A stretch of DNA of 64,000 nucleotides from Tubiluchus corallicola (taxonomy: Eukaryota > Animalia > Priapulida), in the NCBI GenBank assembly GCA_030141605.1, contig JAQGDQ010000419.1, positions 124,001 to 188,000 on the forward strand. Reading direction: 5' to 3'. Every line of letters begins with the position of its first letter. Position 1 is the stretch's first letter. The translations under genes were made by a program, and so were the position numbers. This document shows, in pieces, positions 29,201 to 41,200 of the stretch. The notes under the pieces were generated by a model that saw nothing but the letters and a program-made list of their open reading frames with translations, did no database searches and was not told the origin of the DNA.

Positions 29201-32200
29201 ATATATAAAGAAAAAGTCGGGCGTGTAGAATAAATGAAGAGAGAGTTGCAAGTTAGGTTTAATTGCCCAAAAAAATGTTAGGAAAGATGCTAAACCAACT
29301 TTACTAGCTATAGGTTTGATGAGAAATATACAAGCAGACTGTACAAAGTGATTTCATTACAAGCATACTGTACAAAGTGATTTCATTACAATATTTTCAT
29401 TAATTTACTTCTTCACTGCTAAATATCAATAGATCTACTGTGCAGATTTTTACTTCAAATTCGCTCTCCCCAAAAAACAAAATTAAAATTTTTACTAAAT
29501 AAATTCAACATAATTTTTTACGAAAATACACAATGGGCATTACGTAAATTACATTTGCAACTGATTATGTTTAAAGAGAAAATATGCAAACTGATTATGT
29601 TCAATTGCATGAAAGAGAAATCATGACATACCTAAGAAAATTGAGCCGCTCTTGCACTTGCTGTACATGTGTGTATCGACTGTCAGGCAGAATCGTGTTC
29701 GGATCAGCATCTGGCGTTTCTGTAAAACAAAAACAGGTAAACCTCTCTAACCAACTTGCTTCTCACCTGGAAAAAAACTTTTCTGACCAAAATTAATTTA
29801 GCAGCTAAGCATCACTTGGGTCACAAATGCAGGAGTTGTGAGGTCACTTAAATATGTAAAAAGCCACTTCTTAAACTGATATGTAGAAAGACGACAAGGT
29901 GCACGAGAGACAAGAAACACTGTATTAAACACTAGTGACCCAATGCTGTGCACCATAAACACTAAGGTAATTAAGAACCATTCAGGCTGCAGCTGTGATG
30001 AAAGATACAGCCCGGATCAATAAGATTCTACTAGGAGTGTCAAGTCGTTGCTCCATCTACAGGCAAGAATAAAAAGTATTTTTACAAAAATTTCAATACA
30101 ATTTCAAATGAACAAAAATTTCAATGAAAAAAATTAAAAAACGTTATTTACTAAAACAGAACTGAGCACCAGAAATATCTCTCATTAATAATTGTGCATA
30201 AAATTAATCTTGATTTTACTAAGTAAATAATGTCATGTTTCTTTTTAAAGCAGAGTTTCTGCCAGCAGGGAAAAACTAGTTAGTATATTAACAATTAGAA
30301 ATAAATTATCTAACATTGTTTTTACATTGACTATATTACTTCAGCATTAGTATAACTTATTAAGTGTTTTCTAAACGCAGCATATTTATACTACGAGAAG
30401 TAAAAAATATTCGATAAATTTGATAGAAGCATGAGAATTCACTGCGTATGTCATAATGCTACACATCATTATCACCTTTAGCCATCAGTCTCGACTTTGC
30501 CATGTAACTGCACAAGTTATTGGCCACTAGTATCACAAATGAATGGTCATTCTGTAATTTATTGATGACCTCGTGCCGGTAGGAGAGGTGCGGACTACGC
30601 TGGGTGTGGTTGTAGTGCGGTGGTACCTCGGTGTACAGCTGACAAATCTCGCGTATCTGTTTTAGAGCTGGCAACACCCACTTGTCGTTTTTAAGCTCGT
30701 CGACGCATCGACTAATCCACTCTTGTTTCTGCGCGTCCCGGTCCTGCAAAGAACCCTGAAAAATGTTACGTTAAATGCGAATTTTGTTACTCTAACTACA
30801 TGCATAACAACTACACAGCAACCTGAACCCATCCCAGTTAAGACGAGTAATTTAAAGAGCTTTTGTAACACTTCCCCACTTGTTGTTCCAGTTTAAACAC
30901 CATGCTTTGAAAGTTTCGAACAAATAAAGATGAGCCCTTTCTGACGTTTTTTTACAACTGTACTTTCATTTTCTTCCATGGCTTACGTTAACTGACAAAT
31001 ATACAGAGAAAATGCAAAAATAATTATTAGTTAAGAGAAGAGCAAAATTTTGCATCATCTGAAATGGCAAAGCTGCTCAATTTGAATCAAATATAAATAA
31101 GCCTTTTTACATTTCCAGCGATTGATGATGATCATGAGAAGGTCAAAGGTTGAAATACCAAACAACATATTTGTGTACACTTGACAACGCCTCGTAGCTT
31201 ATGCTACTGTTATAGTAACAGTTTTAACAGTTCGCTAGAACCCTACCTACTTTATTTTTTCTTCTTCCCAAGTAAGATCCTGCCAGTATATCAATCTACG
31301 TACAGACTAATGCATAACTAAGTAAATTCCATGTAAAACAATTGAACTTTACTGAACTGATGTGGCAAACGGCTTTGCTTTATCCACGTCATGTGACGAG
31401 TGTAGCTTAAGGCACTTTGCTGTGGCACACTTAACCTTTGACCTACAGCGTGCGCATAACAAAACTGCGAAAAGGCTAATTGAAAGGCCAGATTCTATGG
31501 ACACTTATGTTCCATTTAACACAATGCAGGGCTATAGTGACAATTTTACCTAGGTCTGCAGTGCAAGCAAAGTTCATGGCATTGAAAATCTTGAAAGCAT
31601 GGCATTTTTAGGAAGAAGCGTGAAATTCCAAACAAAAAAATTTGACAAGTTTACAATTAGCAAATGAAACCTAATGACAATTAAAAGATAAAAAAAATCA
31701 GCTGACAATCAGAAGTAATGTCAGGAGTATTCTCAAACCTGGAATGTTTATTCTAGTAGCAAATACATTTCTAGGCTTTTTGCCTCTGAGTAAGCAATGA
31801 AGACGAAAATATTAGTGTATTTAAATGAAATGCCAGGGATGAATAGCATTCGCTCAATCAGCAAATGAACAGGTACACACGTTGTTGGTAACTGTTGGCG
31901 ACCTACCTGTGAACAGCTGTAATCAAGAATTTTAATGTGAGCGCAAAGTGCTTGATCCATGATATCAGTGGGTACATCATCACTATGAGCAAGATTCCAT
32001 AATAAACCAAGTACTTTATGAGCCATCACTCCCTCTTTATCATCCTCTGCTAATCGTCTTATCAGCTCCAATAACTTCTCTCTTTGCTTCTTGCTGGCAT
32101 GATGCCAACTCAACTGCATGATGAGAAAATAAACAGGTAAACAAACAAACAAACAAACAAATTGGAAGGTGTGAATGCAACTAACAGAACGATACAAATA

Positions 32201-35200
32201 AAATAAAGTGATTCAATGAATTTCGACGTCTCTGCTAACCTGAAAGCATTCGAATAAATGATCTAGTTGCTCAGGAGTGAAATCCCACGCTAATTTAGCT
32301 AATAAATCGTGCACATTTTTAACAATGGCTTCATGCTTGCCAGCCTGGGCGGCCCATATACTGTCCAAGTCTTCTAGTGTAAGTGCCTAGACGAAACAAA
32401 AACAAAGTCTGTATAAAAAATCCATGAAACGACACTGAAGACAATGTTATCCAAGAACAAGAGCATTTTCCTGTCATTTTTTCCAAACAGTACATGAATT
32501 TCATAGCATATCTATCGTTACGTGAATTTCATAGCTTATCTATCTGTTACGTGAATTTCATAGCATATCTATCTGTTACATGAATTTCATTGCTTATCTA
32601 TCTGTTACGTGAATTTCATAGCATATCTATCTGTTACATGAATTTCATAGCATATCTATCTGTTACATGAATTTCATAGCATATCTATCTGTTCCATGAA
32701 TTTCATAGCATATCTATCTGTTACATGAATTTCATAGCATATCTATATGTTACATGAATTTCATAGGATATCTATCTGTTACGTGAATTTCATAGCATAT
32801 CTATCTGTTACATGAATTTCATTGCTTATCTATCTGTTACGTGAATTTCATAGCATATCTATCTGTTACATGAATTTCATAGCATATCTATCTGTTACAT
32901 GAATTTCATAGCATATCTATCTGTTCCATGAATTTCATAGCATATCTATGTGTTACATGAATTTCATAGCATATCTATCTGTTACATGAATTTCATAGCA
33001 TATCTATCTGTTCCATGAATTTCATAGCATATCTATCTGTTACATGAATTTCATAGCATATCTATATGTTACATGAATTTCATAGGATATCTATCTGTTA
33101 CGTGAATTTCATAGCATATCTATCTGTTACATGAATTTCATAGCATATCTATCGTTACGTGAATTTCATAGCATATCTATCTGTTACATGAATTTCATAG
33201 CATATCTATCGTTACGTGAATTTCATAGCTTATCTATCTGTTACGTGAATTTCATAGCTTATCTATCTGTTACATGAATTTCATAGCATATCTATCTGTT
33301 ACGTGAATTTCATAGCATATCTATCTGTTACGTGAATTTCATAGCATATCTATCTGTTACATGAATTTCATAGCATATCTATCTATTACGTGAATTTCAT
33401 AGCATATCTATCTGTTACGTGAATTTCGTAGCATGTGAGCAGACTATTATGCTTTGTAACATTTCAAAACAGTTTTACTCGGTTTATAGGCCACTTTAAA
33501 CTACTATCTTTAATGATTTGAATTTATTTAAGTTGATACTGTAATACACTTACAGTGATTATTATATATATAGTTTCTACTCTGCAGATATTCATTACTT
33601 TAACGTTTATTACTGACAAGACTTTTGTAAAGACATACCTTTTCTTTGATAATAAATCGTATAATTTTCTCTAGCTTTTCCACATACTGTGGTTGATGCA
33701 AGCTATCGCGCAGAACTATGGTCAGGACTTTATTCTCCTGTATCCATAACTGTAAGAAATTAAAAATTGCACAATCAACAGCCCAGTTCTACATGATGTA
33801 AACTAAAAGCAGCTCATTTAGAAAAAGCTTTGGAACTCTGGTTATGTGAGACTAATTGCAAATATGTTGAACAGTGTCGTAAAATTTAAGTATGCAACTC
33901 ACATTAACACTGACTATACACTCATATCTCGATATGCCAGACAAAAGCGGGGAAACGTCGGTCCGAATTTGCCGATTGTCCCTATTCACCAATACTAAAC
34001 TAATACAGTAGGCGCCGTGTATTAGACTCATGGTAATGTAAAATCAATCACCCAATTGTTTCAAAAATGTCTAGTATGGGCTCCTAAACGGGCTTGTATA
34101 CAAAAGTATATAAAAACTGTCGGCAACTGACTCAAATAACTCCGCATAATTGGGTCTTAAACATGCTGATTAAACACTTAAATATGTTGACATGCAAGCT
34201 ACGCACGTGTTGTAACATGCTACTTGAATGTAAACAAAGTGACGGCCCGCCAACTAGCAGTCAGCTCGCGGAACAACGGACTGTGCTGTAGTATGCGGGA
34301 CTTTTTAGTCAGACATCCGTAAAGTGGGGTCCGGCAAACCGAGATATGAGTGTACAAAGTAATCAATCAAAAAACCGAATTTTGCCCCTTTCATACTGCA
34401 ACACCTCGGAATTCTTAAAATTAACTTAAGTCGTACTGGTTACACTTAGACTCTAGGTGTCAGCCCTGTACAAAATATATCTAATCGACTTACAGCCATC
34501 CTTTCAGCAGTGAGCCAACCCTCCTCCTCCGGGCTGGTATGCCTGTGTGAGTAATAGGATACGCTAGTTATCACCTTGTTTACTTCATTGAGCGCATTCA
34601 TTTTACCATTAAATGAGGAAATCTGTAGTAACCTGGAGTAGACAAGGTACATTGTAAAATTACATGCATTAATACAATACATACCTCGAAAGCTTTCGCA
34701 CTAAATCACAATGCTGTTCACAAAGTTCAAATAAACATGATCTCTTTATAAAAAAGCTACATTGTTCAATGCTGAACAGATCATAAAATGTCAGTCCTCC
34801 AAGTATGATCAAGCCTGTTCAACACTTGGTAATTTTTTTCTATAAGTTTGATTAAGTATTTGTAAGAATTTAGCTATAAATACGTTAATAAATGGTATTA
34901 AGCTTATAAACTGTCACTGAATACTGAGTTTCTTGTCCTGAATTTTGCTACGTTTCTATGTCCATGATCTACGAATAGAGACCAGCAGATGAAGCAGAAT
35001 CAGAAAAGAAAACAGAGTAAGTCGGTCATGTAAAGCCATTTTCAAGATATGTTCTTTTTTACATAACTTGCTACAAGTAAAGCTAAATATTTGTAGAAAC
35101 TAGAGCGACTTTATGAAATATGAACCTTTAACTGATGCTAAACTTTTGTAAATATTCATGCAGAGGCAACGGGGGAAGGAGGCGACAGGGGGCACAAGGG

Positions 35201-38200
35201 AGAGAGGGCGCAAAATTCTTCTAGAGTTTAATGACTGTTATTTACTGATTATTAATCCGACGTTAGCAATATTAACAAAAGTTTTCAAACTGCATCAAAA
35301 TTGCCTAGCAGAGATCACCATAGCTGACATAATTACTACGTAAAGCCTAGCAAAAATCTAATCTGGCTACTTAACATTGAGGGTGCCGTGTGGCTCAGCA
35401 GACAGATAATTTTGGAAGAAATGGTGACATTATTCTCTAAATGATGATTGCATTATTGTTAAAACATGTTGTAGTAGTGTTCTGTATCTTTCATAATCTT
35501 TGCATATTTTAATGTTCAACGACTGTTGTGTTACAAGCAACTTTCCTAGACCAATGCATAGAAAACAGCGATTCTGCTGCAGTACTGCAAGTCAAGCTTA
35601 GGTGATTCTTAGAAAAAAATTTGTTGATCCCATCATGTCGAAAAAAGCAGGTGGGGCTCGGGGACGCAAAAAGACCTGCACAATTTGTGGCTTCATGTAC
35701 GAAACAAATGAGCAAAATGTTAAAATGGTGGGTGGTAGAAGTTTTCTTGCCCCCGGGGTGCCACAAGCACTTATTACACCAATCTATTCACAATTTGTAG
35801 TAATATCACCATGTAATGGAGTGTTGTGCTCGTGTAACCATCTTTGTACATAATTCGAAACTAAGTGATGACTTAGAGCCTAGTATGAACAAGTGTTTGA
35901 TAGAAAAATTAATATCACTGGAAAACATTAGCCATTCATACAATGCAATAATAAATGTGTGCAACTTTTGCAGAGACCTGAAACACGCTTACCGCAGAAT
36001 CATTTTGAGTCGAAAAATTTCTAGAGTTTTCAACTTTTCCTCTTGACCGGGAACACGACTGACTAGGCACTTTAGCGACTTTATGATTGAAGACAGCGCG
36101 TCATTCTTAGCCTCGTTCTTTGCTTCCTTCTTGAGTTCATCATCAGTTAGGGTGTCGAGAAACGTTGGCACTACTTCCTGTAATTCAAGCACGTCAAGGT
36201 GAAAAAGAGCAAGTGTATTAAAATAATTAATTAATTATTTGAATATATGACAGAAGCCTGCTTATATCATTACAGATATTAATGCTATTATTACAAATAC
36301 AGTAGGTGCCATTTATTAGACTCATAGTTAATAGAATTAGTTACTGACTTAAAAACAACTGCTGTGGGCCGCTTCATTTCAAATGTATATAAAAACTGAT
36401 GATAATAGACTCAAATAACTCTGCATAATTGACTCAATATTTCTGCTTCAATAAGACACTTTCGTCTTAATAACATTAATTTCATCTGAGTTGACTTTTG
36501 CGCTTTAATACACGTACGAATCATCATGTTAAGTACTGTTTTGTTTGTAAGCGTAATGTTTATCATATGCCTATATGCTACCGTAGCGGTTTTGCTTTGA
36601 CCCGCCCGTCCACTGCAATCAACCTCGTTACGCAAGAACTTCTGGACAATTAATCGCTTGCCTAGCAGTTCGCTCTTCAAGCTCACGCTGATTTACACAG
36701 AACGTTTAATCATCCTGCAGCTGGTGTTACGCCAGGGATGCAGATACAGCACAATAAGATGATGCAAAGTTGACAGTAGATTGCCATGCAAACTCAAATG
36801 CTTGGATGACAGCTGTGTGTTGTTTCATGAATGGTCAGTGAAATGGAATGAGAACATCATACACCCAAGTGTTTTTGCATCGTACAACAACAGATTTTCA
36901 ATGTTTTTATCATTACGAACACCACTTCTTTGTGACACAACTTCTTTGCACAAAAAATGAAGCAGCCCACTTTGAACAAATTTTTGTAAATTTTGTAAAT
37001 AGACACTCGTGAGATTTAAAAAAGTAAACAATTTTATTACTTAATAATTCACCTTATAAATTAATATTTTTAATAAGTGTAGGAACTTAGGCATTACTTC
37101 ATTTCTAAAATTCGTTAAAAATCTTTGCAGTGCACACAAAGCAGACAATTCATACTTCTATACCAGTAATACGACATCTGTTAATTAATAATTTCAATTC
37201 AATGTCAATTCAATTTCAATTTATTTATCTCTTTATAATAGTACAATAAAACATGATTAATAAAAGAATCTCTAATAAGTTTTGAAGAATGGTTAAAATG
37301 TATAGATAGATCTAGAACTAGAGAAAGGATAGCGAAAAGACTACAAAGTCACCTAGTCTGCTATCCTTTACCGAACATAGATAAAAAGATTTTTTAGACA
37401 CTGGTGGACATTAATGTTATCAGTTTAATTTAGGAAACATTAGTAATTTTTAAAATTATGACATTTGCTATATAATCCAGAGAAAAGAATATACATGTAG
37501 TTTAATTAGCAGGCAACAAAATAAGGTCAATCTTGGTTAAACTAAAAATTGCATTTACATTTTATGTGAAATACAGGTCAAAATTGTTATGAAATGATAA
37601 AAACACTTTAGGTTAATAATGCTATTAATCAACCTAATAGATTCTGTTGATTAATAAGGTCAAAACACTTCCATCGCAAAGTGAGTCTATCAAGCGGTGT
37701 CTACTGCATATAACTTTTTTGATTTGTTTAACTTATTTAACTTTCTTTCTCAATCATGCAAATGAGATTTAAAATCATGCAGCAACATCACTTGTATAAT
37801 TGCACACAGCATACTAGATAACCTGCACACTTGTAGTTAGATGCATAGAATCAATGCATTAGTAAATTCACCAAGGTTGCATTAAGATCTTAATGTCAGC
37901 AGTAGTTTTATTAAACACCAAACTAATTGAAACTCTCTGAATTTATGAACTTTGGCAGCTATTTGACACCACTGAACTGCCGCTGAAATCAGATCCTAAT
38001 AGAAACAGAATTAATTCATTGTTTTTGCTCAGTAGTCAACTGATAAAACCAGGTGCCAATATTAATGCAATACTAGTGCTAGAATGAAGATTACGCAACA
38101 TCTGTAAACAATAAGTGAACTTGATTCTAATAAAGTAAAACCGTCGCTGAAATTCTACGGAAACAGCTTTAGCATCGAAAGCTGGAGTTGTAGATTTGGA

Positions 38201-41200
38201 ACCGGGATCACAGACGAGGAGTCGGTCAATTCTTGGAGGCCAACCAGTTCAACAAACATTTTAAGACAATGTAGCATTATTGCAAGCAGATTGATAGTTA
38301 AACAACAAATTTTTCTTCTTCAAGTAATGAAATGCAATTAGTCGATTAAAATACTCATAGCTTAAATATTAAATATTTACTTAGGGTTTTTAATTTATAA
38401 AGTTCACTTAAACTGTTCCATCTATCTTGGCAAGAGTCGGAGCTGAAACTTTAAAAACTCCTAGAGACGAGACCAATTAATTTTTTTAGGGACCGATTCT
38501 GTAACTCTGCTAATGTGGAGTGTTTAGTCTTCTTAAAAATGCTGTATTCAAGTCATTCTTATGCAATAGCTACAACTCTTTTGCTTTCTAACCACTCATG
38601 TGGTCTGGACAAACTAATGGGCAATTTGTCAAATCAATGAAGCCAAAGTAAGCGATCCTGTCAGACTATTTTCCGTAGGATTTGACATGTTTTTTAGGGA
38701 GCTAAATCGACCTGTCAACTGCACAGTGTTGTCAAATCACCTGATCAACAATGAGTAACAATACTCTTGCATTCTATGAAATATAGTATATTCTGCTCCT
38801 CCTATTCGAGAAGATCATAATTTGTGACAGCAAATATTTTTTGGTTGCTTTGATTCAACTTCACCTAATGCCTTCCTAATTTGTTCTGTGTCCACACGTG
38901 CTAAAAAATGTACGGAAGTAATATTTGTTTTCTGATAGTAAAATAATGATTATTTACTAAGAGTAAGTGACTGTAGGTACTTACGATGATTCTCATAAAA
39001 TAAGTCTCGACAGTGTGCACGGTCAGAAGCTCGTAGCAAAGTCCGAAAGGCTTAATAAGAGCAGCTATGATTGGTACGTTGAGCGTGGTCTCATTGTTGA
39101 ATCGTTCTAAAAGTATCTGAAATCCGCCCAGCGTCCCGAATTTGTTGATGAGATCCACTAGCCAACCCTAAAACGAGAAATTGTTGTCGAAAGAGAAACG
39201 GTGGTTTTCGTAATTGTTCTTAAAACCTTAATATTCACAAAAATGTCACAAATTTTGTAGGAAATGAAGAAAAAAGAAAGCAAATAACGCATGCTAAAGA
39301 ACAGCGCAGGTGCGATGTCACTTAAAGTACTTATTTAATTGTTATTAATCATTTTCATTAATAATTACACTCTTATCTCGGTTTGCTGGACAAAAGTGGG
39401 GAGACGTAGGTGCGAATTTGCCAAATGCTCGTATTTATCGATAATAAGCTGATACGGTAATGTAGAATTAGAATCAATCGCATAATTGCCTCAAAAACGT
39501 CTATTACGGGCCACTCTTATGCAAAAGTATAAAAAACTGTCGGCAATTGACTCAAGTAATGCCACATAATCGATTGCATATTTTTATACCTAGAGATATA
39601 CACATGGTTACACTGATGTAAACAAAGTGACGGCTCGTCAACTAGCAGGCAGCTCGCGAAATAAAGAACTGCGTCCGTAGTATGAGGGACTTTTAACGGT
39701 CAATATTTTGTCCGATTTTTCTGACATCCGTAAAAGTGAGGTCTGGCAAACCGACATGTGAGTGTACATAATGAACAAAGCATGACAAAGTTCTACCAAC
39801 AAGTTAACATTCAGCACAGCGTTTCAGTTGATTATAAGAAAAACTGTACAATTTATCTCACACATTATTTGTTGCAACGTTTAGTTTTTTTCAATTTTTT
39901 TTGCAACAATATTCTAGTCGCTATAAATAATTACGAATTATCATTAAACAAAGACACAATTTCAATTTAATAAAACAAAATTAGTTCTCAAAGTCTATTG
40001 TCAGGACAAAGCACCTTTTAGAGAGAAGTTTTCAGTTGTAAAAAAACAGCTACAAAATCATCAGCAGCCATGACATAAGTTAGCGACTACAGAAACGCCT
40101 ACTCAAATGAACTGTTAGCCTACTAGATGCCCCCTAGCATTCATTAAGTAAAACGCCACAATATAATGTACCCTTGGAGTCCTGATATCTGGTGGCCGCG
40201 CAAACAAAACATCATCAGCAATTTGAGCTCCGGGTGGGACAGACTCGGATTGCCGAGTGCCGTTATATAAGTGAAATCTGCAAGAAGAAATGCAAGGTTA
40301 AAATCATAAGTAGCGATTATTAGTTTCATACCGAAAGTGACAATTTCAAATCAAAATTGTTGCATAAAATAATTTGTGCACACAAGGCACATTTTGAGAG
40401 TTTATAGCAGAGTTGTCTCGACATGTGCTTAGCAGTTGAAGTTAAACAACATGAAGGCAGGTCAGTTAATGGATGAGCGACCATGTGGGTCCACAGTTGC
40501 TCTGGGCAATTACTGACTCTGGGAAGATAAATTCACGTCGGAAAGTCGTTGAGATCTTTGTGCAAATTCAGTGTCTCATCATAGACGATTGACCGGCTTC
40601 TGATAATGAATAAAGTTCCAGTCCTGTCACACCTATCCACATTAACACTGCCACTGAGTGCCAGATCCCAATATGCTGATCGCCGAACTAAATGTAAATG
40701 TGTTTATACATAAAAAATAGTCGAGCAAGTCGAATCTTACTTATTTGTTGGATTTAAAAGCATTGCTAGTAAGTCCAGCAAGGGAAACCAGTCCTGTGAT
40801 AGTTTGGCAACACAAAGTTCGACCAGCTTTTCTGAGTTGTTCAATATACAACGGTGTATCTCAAACTTCCAACCACTGACTGCCTCGTCCGTGAGAATCT
40901 TCGTGAACGATGTAGTCAGCCCTTCCCGAAAAAACCGTTGACAAGCCTCGCTTCTCGTGTCTAGTCCTGAAATAGACAAACAACGTTGTTATCAATGACA
41001 CTTAAGCTTCATGCATTTAGTTCATCTGACCTTCCTATTTTTGTAAGCAGAAACGGTACTGCACTAACAGGTGGTTCACTGTTTGCAATTTCACCTATTT
41101 GCAAAATAAAAAAATACGAACCAAAGCCTATTTTTACGTATCAAAATGCAAGTTTAACCTAAAATTCAAACAACTTACGCAAAATATTAGCCTTATCAAA

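Noticed and set aside
40440-40690. Possible snoRNA or cassette exon in USP9X intron 3
   Set aside because: In-frame stop if spliced in; C/D boxes are not arranged terminally; shares a short motif with 22376, suggesting a repeat relic
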